Assembly (NCBI RefSeq): GCF_044704955.1 | Contig: NW_027254880.1 | Coordinates: forward strand, 62,001 to 126,000 | DNA length: 64,000 nucleotides | Direction: 5' to 3' | From: Pristiophorus japonicus | Taxonomy: Eukaryota | Part shown: positions 51,353 through 62,635 of the stretch, piece by piece | Position numbering within the stretch: the stretch's first letter is position 1 | Layout: each line of letters starts with the position of its first letter | Notes under the pieces: model-generated | What the model saw: the letters and a program-made list of their open reading frames with translations, nothing else | What the model was told of the DNA's origin: nothing | The model's database searches: none | Translations under genes and position numbers: made by a program

Positions 51353-52018
51353 GGCCTGGAAATCCCAGCCTCCCCGGGTCTGTACAGCATATGTACGGAC
51401 CCGGGAAGGCATTGCAAAAGCCGGTTTTCAGCGCACAATGCGCATGCGCTGAAAAATGGCTTTTCCGATCTGTCAAGCTGGAGCTGGACAGATTGCATGC
51501 ATCTCGGGAGCGAGGACATTTGCAAAACTCTTAGCCTACTTTTACAGGCGTAAGAGTTTTAAAACATACAAAAATATAATTACATTAAATTTAAAAACAC
51601 ATTTTATTGTTAAAAACCCTGCCCACTCGGTTTGTTTTTAACCCTAATTACAAAACTTTAAAAAAATCGGAAAACTATATTTTTTTTCTAAGGCATTTAT
51701 TAACTTTAATTTCAATTAATTTTAATTATGTGAGGTGTGTTTTTTATTTTTTATTATGGTGTTTAGTGTGTTTGTTTTTTTTTCTCATTAATAGCAATGA
51801 GAACTCATAGATACGGAGTACTCATTGCTATTAATGAGAAAGCTGTGGAATACTGTACTGCACATGTGACTGCACCTTCTGCGTGGGAACCTGGAGGACG
51901 GGAGCGTGCTTCCCCACCGGAATCCCACGCTCCTCCAGTACCACCAGGTAAATTCGTAGAAAATTTTCAGGTCGGGGGCATCCGCTCGCGGGAAGCCTCC
52001 GACCGCAATTTCTGGGCA
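51353..52018 (+). mobile_element. Harbinger-type MITE
   Basis: TIRs GGCCTGGAAAT / ATTTCTGGGCA with TSD ATT/ATT. Confidence 0.75.
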
Positions 52019-52199
52019 ATTACTCACTTAATGCTACAGGAGCTCCACTAGTAATAATACATTTAAAAATGGAACATCAGTGCAGACATTATACTCACAC
52101 GAACATACAAATATGTATCAGAAAAGGACAAGAACAAACTAGCTGTTCTGTCAGATCTGTTCCATCCCAACATACCATCAATCCCCCCGCCCCCCCCCA

Positions 52200-52990
52200 C
52201 CACCAATCTCTGTGTAAGGAATACTTCTTAGCATCTAACCTATCTTTATGCTTTTGTAACTTGTATTGATGCCCCTAGTCCTCTCCTATCTAGCTCAAAT
52301 AACCTATCCACTTGGACAGAATCTAATCCTTCAATCATTTTAAAGAGTTCAAGCATATTTCCTGAAAGTCTATGCTTTTCCAAAGTAAAAGGCCCCAGTT
52401 CTCGAAACCTGTCCCTTATACTAGGTATCAATGGTGGCCCTACTCTGAACCTTTTCTATGGTCTCAATATTGCCTCCCATATAAGGATACCAAAACTGGA
52501 CGCAGTATTCTAGACATAGCCAGACAAAAGTCTTGTACAAAAAAAGATAGTTCTAGCTTTAAATTTAATTGTTCTTTACATCATAACACCCTCGTAATTT
52601 TCCCAACAGCTTCACAATATTAGTCATGAAATTTCAACGATTCATGAAGTGCCACCCCCCAGGTCCTTCTCCCACTCAGCAGCCTTCAACATGCAACTCC
52701 ACATGGTGTGTACATGTATGGATTGTATCTGTCCAAGTTCATCATGCTGCCTTTGTCTGCACTGGAAGACATTTGCCAAACACTGTCCCATTCCTCCATG
52801 ACCTTTCGATCCACCTGCAAATTATTTTATTCATCTAAGTCCCTAACCCCCAAGCATCATCTGCAAACTTGTGGATCGTTCCCCTCTAATGCCTTCGTCC
52901 AGATTTTTACTATAGATGGTGAAGGGCAACGGCTCTTAAACTGATCCCTGCAGGACTCCACTTGTGACCATCCCCCACTTCAGACATTAC
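52200..52990 (-). mobile_element. Old degenerate CR1 fragment
   Basis: Residual ...RFRELGPFTLEKHRLSGNMLELFKMIEGLD (CR1 ORF2 C-terminus) and an FADD-like reverse complement near 52860. Confidence 0.6.
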
Positions 52991-53022
52991 ATTTTCTTAC
53001 AGAGGCAAAACAATAAAGGTTT

Positions 53023-56000
53023 CCAAAACATATACACCGCCTTGGGTACTGTTGAGGGGGATGACTCATCAGAGGAGGGCAGCAGCAGCTAAGTTCATGG
53101 CACCTTGGCTGGCTCTGCTGCACAGGAGGGCAGGAAAAATAGTGGGAGAGCGATAGTGATAGGGGATTCAATTGTATGGGGAATAGATAGGCGTTTCTGC
53201 AGCCGCAACTGAGACTCCAGGATGGTATGTTGCCTCCCTGGTGCAAGCGTCAAGGATGTCTCGGAGTGGGTGCAGGACATTCTGAAACAGGAGGGTGAAC
53301 AGCCAGTTGTCGTGGTGCACATTGGTACCAACGATATAGGTAAAAAAACAGGATGAGGTCCTACGAGACGAATTTAAGGAGCTAGGAGCTAAATTAAAAA
53401 GTACGACCTCAAAACTAGTAATCTCAGGATTGCTACCAGTGCCACGTGCTAGTCAGAGTAGGAATTGCAGGATAGCTCAGACGAATACGTGGCTTGAGCA
53501 GTGGTGCAGCAGGGAGGGATTCAAATTCCTGGGGCATTGGAACCGGTTCTGGGGGAGGTGAGACCAGTACAAACCAGACAGTCTGCACCTGGGCAGGACC
53601 GGAACCAATGTCCTAGGAGGGGTGTTTGCGAGTGCTGTTGGGGAGGAGTTAAAACTAATATGGCAGGGGGATGGGAACCAATGCAGGGAGACAGAGGGAA
53701 ACAAAATGGAGACAAAAGCAAAAGACAGAAAGGAGATGAGTAAAAGTGGAGGGCAGAGAAACCCAAGGCAAAGAACAAAAAGGGCCACTTTACAGCAAAA
53801 TTCTAAAGGGTCAAAGTGTGTTAAAAGGCAAGCCTGAAGGCTCTGTGCCACAATGCGAGGAGTATTTGGAATAAGGTGGACGAATTAACTGTGCAGATAG
53901 CAGTTAACGGATACGATGTGATTGGCATCACAGAGACATGGCTCCAGGGTGACCAAGGCTGGGAACTCAACATCCAAGCGTATTCAACATTTAGGAAGGA
54001 TAGACAGAAAGGAAAAGGAGGTGGGGTGGTGTTGCTGGTTAAAGAGGAAATTAATGCAATTGTAAGGAAAGACATTAGCTTGGATGATGTGAAATCGGTA
54101 TGGGTGGAGCTACTGATAACCAAAGGGCAGAAAACGCTAGTGGGAGTTGTGTACAGACCTCCAAACAGTAGTAGTGATGTTGGAGAGGGCATCAAACAGG
54201 AAATTAGGGGTGCATGCAATAAAGGTGCAGCAGTTATCATGGGTGACTTTAATATGCACATAGATTGGGCTAACCAAACTGGAAACAATACGGTGGAGGA
54301 GGATTTCCTGGAGTGCATAAGGGATGGTTTTCTAGACCAATATGTCGAGGAACCAACTAGGGGGGAGGCCATCTTAGACTGGGTGTTGTGTAATGAGAGA
54401 GGATTGATTAGCAATCTCGTTGTGCGAGGACCCTTGGGGAAGAGTGACCATAATATGGTGGAATTCTACATTAGGATGGAGAATGAAACAGTTAATTCAG
54501 AGACCATGGTCCAGAACTTAAAGAAGGGTAACTTTGAAGGTATGAGACGTGAATTGGCTAGGATAGATTGGCGAATGATACTTAAGGGGTTGACAGTGGA
54601 TGGGCAATGGCAGACATTTAGAGACCGCATGGATGAACTACAACAATTGTACATCCCTGTCTGGCGTAAAAATAAACAAGGGAAGGTGGCTCAACCGTGG
54701 CTATCAAGGGAAATCAGGGATAGTATTAAAGCCAAGGAAGTGGCATACAAATTGGCCAGAAATAGCAGCGAACCCAGGGACTGGGAGAAATTTAGAACTC
54801 AGCAGAGGAGGACAAAGGGTTTGATTAGGGCAGGGAAAATAGAGTACGAGAGGAAGCTTGCAGGGAACATTAAAATGGATTGCAAAAGCTTCTATAGATA
54901 TGTAAAGAGAAAAAGGTTAGTAAAGACAAACATAGGTCCCCTGCAGTCAGAATCAGGGGAAGTCATAACTGGGAACAAAGAAATGGCAGACCAATTGAAC
55001 AAGTACTTTGGTTCGGTATTCACTAAGGAAGACACAAACAACCTTCCGGATATAAAAGGGGTCAGAGGGTCCAGTAAGAAGGAGAAACTGAGGGAAATCC
55101 TTATTAGTCGGGGAATTGTGTTGGGGAAATTGATGGGATTGAAGGCTGATAAATCCCCAGGGCCTGATGGTCTGCATCCCAGAGTACTTAAGGAGGTGGC
55201 CTTGGAAATAGCGGATGCATTGACAGTCATTTTCCAACATTCCATAGACTCTGGAGCAGTTCCTATGGAGTGGAGGGTAGCCAATGTAACCCCACTTTTT
55301 AAAAAAGGAGGGAGAGAGAAAACAGGGAATTATAGACCGGTCAACCTGACCTCAGTAGTGGATAAAATGATGGAATCAATTATTAAGGATGTCATAGCAG
55401 CGCATTTGGAAAGAGGTGACATGATAGGTCCAAGTCAGCATGGATTTGTGAAAGGGAAATCATGCTTGACAAATCTTCTGGAATTTTTTGAGGATGTTTC
55501 CAGTAGAGTGTACAAGGGAGAACCAGTTGATGTGGTGTATTTGGACTTTCAGAAGGCTTTCGACAAGGTCCCACACAAGAGATTAATGTGCAAAGTTAAA
55601 GCACATGGGATTGGGGTAGTGTGCTGACGTGGATTGAGAACTGGTTGTCAGACAGGAAGCAAAGAGTAGGAGTAAATGGGTACTTTTCAGAATGGCAGGC
55701 AGTGACTAGTGGGGTACCGCAAGGTTCTGTGCTGGGGCCCCAGCTGTTTACATTGTAAATTAATGATTTAGACGAGGGGATTAAATGTAGTATCTCCAAA
55801 TTTGCAGATGACATTAAGTTGGGTGGCAGTGTGAGCAGCGAGGAGGATGCTATGAGGCTGCAGAGTGACTTGGATAGGTTAGGTGAGTGGGCAAATGCAT
55901 GGCAGATGAAGTATAATGTGGATAAATGTGAGGTTATCCACTTTGGTTGTAAAAACAGAGAGACAGACTATTATCTGAATGGTGACAGATTAGGAAAAGG

Positions 56001-56737
56001 GGAGATGCAACGAGACCTGGGTGTCATGGTACATCAGTCATTGAAGGTTGGCATGCAGGTACAGCAGGCGGTTAAGAAAGCAAATGGCATGTTGGCCTTC
56101 ATAGCGAGCGGATTTGAGTACAGGGGCAGGGAGGTGTTGCTACAGTTGTACAGAGCCTTGGTGAGGCCACACCTGGAGTATTGTGTACAGTTTTGGTCTC
56201 CTAACTTGAGGAAAGACATTCTTGCTATTGAGGGAGTGCAGCGAAGGTTCACCAGACTGATTCCCGGGATGGCGGGACTGAAATATCAAGAAAGACTAGA
56301 TCAACTGGGCTTCTATTCACTGGAGTTGAGAAGAATGAAAGGGGATCTCATAGAAACGTTTAAAATTCTGACGGGTTTAGACAGGTTAGGTGTAGGAAGA
56401 ATGTTCCCAATGTTGGGTAAGTCCAGAACCAGGGGTCACAGTCGAAGGATAAGGGGTAAGCCATTTAGGACCGAGATGAGGAAAAACTTTTTCACCCAGA
56501 GCGTGGTGAACCTGTGGAATTCTCTACCACAAAAAGTTGTTGAGGCCAATTCACTAAATATATTCAAAAAGGAGTTATATGTAGTCCTTACTACTAGAGG
56601 GATCAAGGAGTATGGTGAGAAAGCAGGAATGGGGTACTGAAATTGCATGTTCAGCCATGAACTCATTGAATGGCGGTGCAGGCTCGAAGGGCCGAATGGC
56701 CTACTCCTGCACCTATTTTCTCTGTCTATGTTTCTAT
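53023..56737 (+). mobile_element. Near full-length CR1 LINE (partial ORF1 esterase + ORF2 APE/RT), inactivated
   Basis: ORF1 GDS/GTND/D.LH motifs. ORF2 about 53830-56640 with endonuclease (ETWL, GDFN, SDHN) and RT (YLDFQKAFDKVPH, GVPQGSVLGP, FADD). Frameshift near 55620 and an in-frame stop near 55756. Confidence 0.95.
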
Positions 56738-56929
56738 ATTTCAAACTGAGCATATGGCAAATAAACTTTCAATGACCTGAGCCCCAGCCAATGCCATTTC
56801 CACTCCTCCCTCCACCTCCCATCCCTTTGATACACAAGTAAATAGAAGAGAGGCAAAATCAAGCGTAAAAATGGAGAAAAGAAGATTGAAGAGAGGGAAG
56901 AGCTGAGGAGAAATGGAATTGAAGAGGAA

Positions 56930-57745
56930 GACACCTGGAATACTGTGTGCAGTTTTGGTCCCCTTACCTAAGGAAGGATATACTTGCCACAGAGGGAGTG
57001 CAACAAAGGTTCACCTGGGATGGGGGATTGTCCTCTGAGGAAAGATTGAGTAGACTAGGCCTATGTTCTCTAGAGTTTAGAAGAATGAGAGGTGATCGTT
57101 GTTGTGTATGTATAATATATGTACTATAACATTAGACCACTGAATGTATCTTCACACTGTATACACCATACCTGTACCACCAGAGGGTGCTACTGGTGGA
57201 GACCTAAGGGTCACCTGCACACGGCAGGTAACCAAGTATAAAAGGGAGCTCACCTCATTGTGTCCTCACTCAGGGTGCTACAATAAATGGACTAAGGTCA
57301 CAACAGTTCAAGTACAATACCTTACCTCGTGGAGTCATTACTAGAGTGCTTGCATATATAACAATCTCATTGAAGCGTACAAAATTCTTACAGGGCTTGA
57401 CAAGGTAGATGCAGGGAGAATGTTTCCCTTGGCTGCGGAGTCTAGAACCAGGGGTCACAGTCTTAGAATAATGGTTTGGCCATTTGGGACTGAGATGAGG
57501 AGAAATTTCTTCACTCAGAGGGTGGTGAATCTTTGGAATTGTCTACCCCAGAGAGCTGGGAAGGCTCAGTCGGTGAGTATATTCAAGCCAGAGATCAATA
57601 GAGTTTTGGATATTAAGACAATCAAGGGATATGGGGATAGTGCCGAAAAGTGGAGTTGAGGTAGAAGATCAGCCTGATCTTATTGAATGGCGGAGCAGGC
57701 TTGAGGGGCAGAATGGCCTACTCCTGCTCCTATTTCTTATGTTCT
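56930..57745 (+). mobile_element. Older CR1 3' fragment split by a solo LTR
   Basis: [12 protein letters not shown]...RMRGD | LI..., NLWNCLP, and a 3' tail. Confidence 0.8.
57100..57363 (+). mobile_element. Solo LTR (264 bp)
   Basis: TG...CA ends with imperfect inverted termini TGTTGTGTATG / CATATATAACA, TATAAAA at about 57237, AATAAA at 57282. Interrupts the CR1 at GATC, with an imperfect TSD (ATCGT / ATCTC). Confidence 0.7.
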
Positions 57746-58685
57746 GAAGACAACTAAGAGTGAACAGAAATGAAGCAGGGGAGAGGAAGAAGTGAAAGGA
57801 AGAAACCAAGAAAGGAGAGGAAAGTAGGGAAAAGCGAGAACACATAGAGTGGAGAGAGAGAAGTAAATGACAGAAACAGATGATGGCGAGAAAAATATGA
57901 AGGGAGAAAAACAGAAGGGAGAATAACAGAAATGAAGTAAATCGGTAGAATGGTGAAAAGACAAGTTTTGCAGGCATATATTTTTTCAGACTTGCACTAT
58001 GTATTATGATCCATAGTTACCATATACACTTGTATATAAGGTCGCATTCAACTGTGGAATGACACAGCAGCAAGGGTCACTGCTTTTTGAAGGGATGGGG
58101 AGAAAATTGAAAAAAAAAGTAATGTGGATGATTTTAACACGTAAATGGTTATGATGTGAGACTTCTAGTTATTCACATAGAAAAATGTTACAAGCTACCC
58201 TAATGGCTGTGTGGGTAGCCACTTGATGTATCAATGATCCCTGCTGACGAATCGGTCCCAGCTTCGATCCTTGGCCTGTGCTGTGTTAGCTAAGCGAGGG
58301 CCAGCGGTTGGGGTACTAAATCTGGTCCCAGCACTCAAACGCTAGTCTTCCTTCCCTTGATTGCTACGCAGTGACTGATGCTGGAAAGTACCAGCATTTA
58401 GACACCGGGTGAGAATTAGATCGAGCTCAACTGTAAAGGCTCCCAAATTAAATTGGCTGCCTACATGAAGAATGACCACTTAGGCAATATACTGAGGTTT
58501 GTTGGCACCCGTGGAACCATATCACAGTATGAGTTATCATTTTCAGGAAAAGAAGGGAGAAAATGTGTAGAACATTAAAAGATTTAAGTCAGAATGTCAT
58601 TCAAGTTTTAATTAAATAATTCCTTTCCTCCTTTCTTAAGGCACACTGAACCAAAGACATGCATGAGTTGATAGTTAGGTACCTT

Positions 58686-59012
58686 GACTCGGAAATTTGC
58701 ATAGTGCCCGAATTGGGGCGCGATCCTGGGGCCGCGCACACTGCCATGTCTAATGAGACCAGCAGCTGCATCACAGCAGTCACAAATTAATTTCACAAAG
58801 GGGCCTGAAACAGAAGTTAGACCCTCAATTTGCATAAACAATGGGCCTGACACCAGTTTCAAGTGGGTGCCCTGGACAACTTCAGCGCCTTCTAACCAAT
58901 ATGGTGGGCAACGCATTTTTGTCATGGAACGAGCGTGTGCATGCCATGTTGGGTGCAGCAACACCCATTTTTCGCCCCAAAAATGGGTGCATCGCAATTG
59001 AATTTCTAGGTT
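58686..59012. mobile_element. Degenerate Harbinger-type MITE
   Basis: GC-rich island bounded by GACTCGGAAATT / AATTTCTAGGTT; TSD not resolved. Confidence 0.45.
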
Positions 59013-59449
59013 CCTGTTTCCAGAAATTTGTATCTGGTCATTAGGAGGTTGGTTTTACTCATTTTATATCTTTCTTCACAGTCTGTGGGAACTAATGAGA
59101 TAAACCTATATCTGCTACTCAGTGGCATCTGATGCAAAGGTATAAAGTTATGAAAAGAAAGTAGCTCAAATGAAAGTTGAGAAGTTCTTTTGGAGCAATA
59201 TAAAGAACCAAGGGACATGTATACAGGTTAGGAATTTGTACAGTGGGGAATGAGTGAGTTAGCACATTTCCTATTAATCTCCAGAGTTTTTAGTTTGAAT
59301 GCAGCTCAGACTAATAGTTTAAAAGCTTGCTCTCTCTATCAGCTCTAAGTGTCCTATAGGTGAGTGAAATTCAGCGGTATGAATTCAGTTCTTGCCGGCA
59401 CAGCTCCACAGCACAAAACTGCTTCCAACTTGGCACAAGTGTCTTTTTT

Positions 59450-60110
59450 ATTTTTGCAGATGACATTGTTAGGAGGCATAGGATGTTGTCAAGATGGGAG
59501 CTGGAAGCTACAAAAGATTAAGTGAGTGGGCAAGACTGTGGCAGATGAAGTTCAATGTGAGGTAATCTACTTTGGATCCAAGAAAGACAAATCAGAATAT
59601 TTTCTTCATGGTGAGAGACTGGGAACCTTGGAGGAGCAAAGTAATTTAGATGCTCAGATACACAAATCATTAAAAGCTAATACACAGGTACAAAAATGGA
59701 CGTTGCCTTTATCTCAAGGGGGTTGGAATACAAAGGGGAGAAGGTTATACTTCAGTTGTACAGTCTTGGTCAGACCCCAACTGGAGTGCTGTGTTCAGTT
59801 TTGGGCACTGCACCTCAGGAAGGATAATAATAGCCTTTGAAGGGATATGGAGCAGATTCACCAGAATGATACCAGGACTTTAAGGACAAATTATGAGGAC
59901 TGATTGCATAAACTTGGCTCGTTTCCCTTCAGTTTAGAGGGTTGAGGGATGATCTAATTGAGGTGTTTAAAATGATAAAAGGATTCGAAAGAGCAGAAGC
60001 AGAGAAGCTATATCATCTGGTGGGGGAATCTGGAACAAGGGGATAAAATCTTAAAATTAGAGCTCATTCATTCAGGAGTGAAATCGGGAAGCAATTTTTC
60101 ACTCAATTGT
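59450..60110 (+). mobile_element. Old CR1 fragment
   Basis: TTTGCAGATGAC (FADD) and VLVRPQLECCVQFW residual motifs. Confidence 0.65.
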
Positions 60111-60473
60111 TAATCTAGGTCAAAGACCATAAGAATCGCTGGTGTGAGAAATGTCATTGGAGTACTTTTGTGGATTATATTTAAAGCATATGTTGATGGG
60201 GGAGGAATTTCCTCCATTTATGATGATTACATATAAGGAATCTCCCCCCATTGTTAACCCACAGTAGAGGGAGCTTTACTTTATATATTTGGCTGTTTTG
60301 GGAGTGCTCGGCACCTAAAATAGAAAATTATCTCATTCTAACACTAACACCTTGATATGCATTTTTTTTTAAATCAGAAAGTATATAAATAAAGGGAATC
60401 ACAAGCTAAGGTGCAAGATATTTGCATGCCAAATTATGCATAATCTACCACAAACCATACTGACTGCAAAATG

Positions 60474-61080
60474 TCATCATCATAGGCAGTTCCTCGAAAC
60501 GAGGATGACTTGCTTCCACGCCAAAAAGGGATGAGTTCACAGGTGTTTTAATGAAGGACCTAATATTCCAGATCCTGAACTACATCTTGATGGGTGGAAG
60601 ATGCCTGTGCGTGGACTTTTTTTTTAACATGTGGTGGTCGTTGCACACCAGCCACCACACGGGTTTGACAGAGCTAGGTCTTGGTCCAGTGGCAAGGATT
60701 AACCAAGACGACTGGAGACCAGCTCTGCAGCATGTACCTAGTGCGCACACATATTGCAGTGTGGGCTGGCCCGGGCTGGCCGGTGCTGCCCCTGGGCCCT
60801 CTCCTCTTCTGGGCCCTGAACTCACACCTCTCCTGGGCCTCGATCACATCCCTCTACGAACTCTCGCCACTCCTCTGCCCTGACATCGCCACTCCTTCGC
60901 CCTGACCTCGCCGCTCCTGCTGTACCTGCCCATACTCCAATCAGTGGACCTGGATTTGGGTGATGTCAAATCCAGTCGCCGTCTTCACAGCTGTTGCCCT
61001 CCTGCAGCATCATGCGCTGCTCCCTGCAGTGGCATGCCACCTCACGTTGCTCCCTCTAATGGCCCCAGCTTGCTGATGGT
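60474..61080 (-). mobile_element. Second copy of the bipartite RTE-derived element
   Basis: Collinear with 26674-27105, with the same tail junction. Confidence 0.65.
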
Positions 61081-62635
61081 CTGAGACGTATTAGACGTAA
61101 ATGTATTAGACGTATAACCCACAATTTATAAACCAGCTGGAATTGGCATCTTGATTTTTGAACTCTTCATTATTTTATGAAGATGGTCCCTCCTTAGCCA
61201 ACCACCTGTACACGGGGCAGTAAAACTTTCATTACAATGAACCCCTAGTTTAATATAAGAGAATTAAAGTTCACAAACTTCAAAAGAAGTATCAGTTTGG
61301 ACCATTTGGACAACAGATTGGTAATAATTATTTATAATACAATAATGATGTTAGACTAGAGTCAAAAGATTTAAGCTGACCAGTTACAGAAGTTTAAAAG
61401 AAACACAAATATTTAAAAAAGCCTCCTTGCTTTATTTTCCTATTAAGGCCTCTTGCTTCCATTCTTCTTTCTTTTGACTGAAGGGGGAGCTACAGAGTGT
61501 ACAGAGCATTCCACAATTTTGCTGATGTCATCCTGTGTTCAGTCTTAAAAGTATGCAAAGTTAGACAGTTTTTTCTTCTTCCTCATACTCAATTCCCTTT
61601 CTGTGCCAAACCAAAAAAAAGAGGCAAGTAGCCAAGACTGTTGAAACTCATCACTAAATGGCTGATGTTTACAAAGTCTTATTTCAGTAGACTTTCTGAT
61701 ACCATTACTTCTATAACAAATGTATCTTTAATAATAGATTCTAAACTATTTTTTCAAAACGCCATTTTCGTCACAAATCGGCACCCGTAGCACCAAAAAT
61801 TATGGCGCTATGGAGCTAAATTTCTAACCTGTAGTTTCCTACTTTCAGCCACTGTACAACTGACCAACAGAAAGAGGACAACTACCTGTTTTCTCCCTCT
61901 CAATATTTATGGCTTTCAGACTTGGCAACTCCCCATCATGGTACAGCTGAAATCAGTAACTAACAATATAGGGAATAAGAGCCATCAGCTCATCTGATCA
62001 ATCTCTAGTACAGAATATTAGCAGTCCAATCCAATACACTGAACCCTTTTATCATCCTTAAACATTTACAGGATTTTACATTTACTCTTACAGATGATGT
62101 CCTTACCAATGAGACCAAAATATAGAACTCTGACAATGAAACTAGTTTAACGTCACAGTTACAAACTTCATGGCTCTGCACGAAATATTCTCACAATTTC
62201 AACATCACCAGTCACCCCTGTAAATAAACCTTGCATCCTCTACAATCTGCAGTGCACAATTACTGCTCAATATCAATGTCCTGAACTGACTTGCACTGAC
62301 CACCTTCTGTTATCGGCTGTATTCAATCATACCCAAGCCTGTACCATGATTGATTAGATACAAAGATATATGTGCATATGTGTCGCTGACTGCCTCTCTA
62401 GGGGGAGAGGACTTCTACCGCAACTCTGGGTGTTGAAGATTGTTCCACCAAGCTGCCAATAAAAGTTCCAACCTAAAAGGGCAGACTGTTACCTTGATGT
62501 GGATGCTTGTCGCACTGGTTCAGATATGTCCCTGCCGAATATATTGAATGAATGTCATTCTAGAGTGCAAACAAGTTGTTGGGGTGCACTCAGCGACTTC
62601 CCATTGTTTTCTATTAGCATCCTAAATGACTCTAT

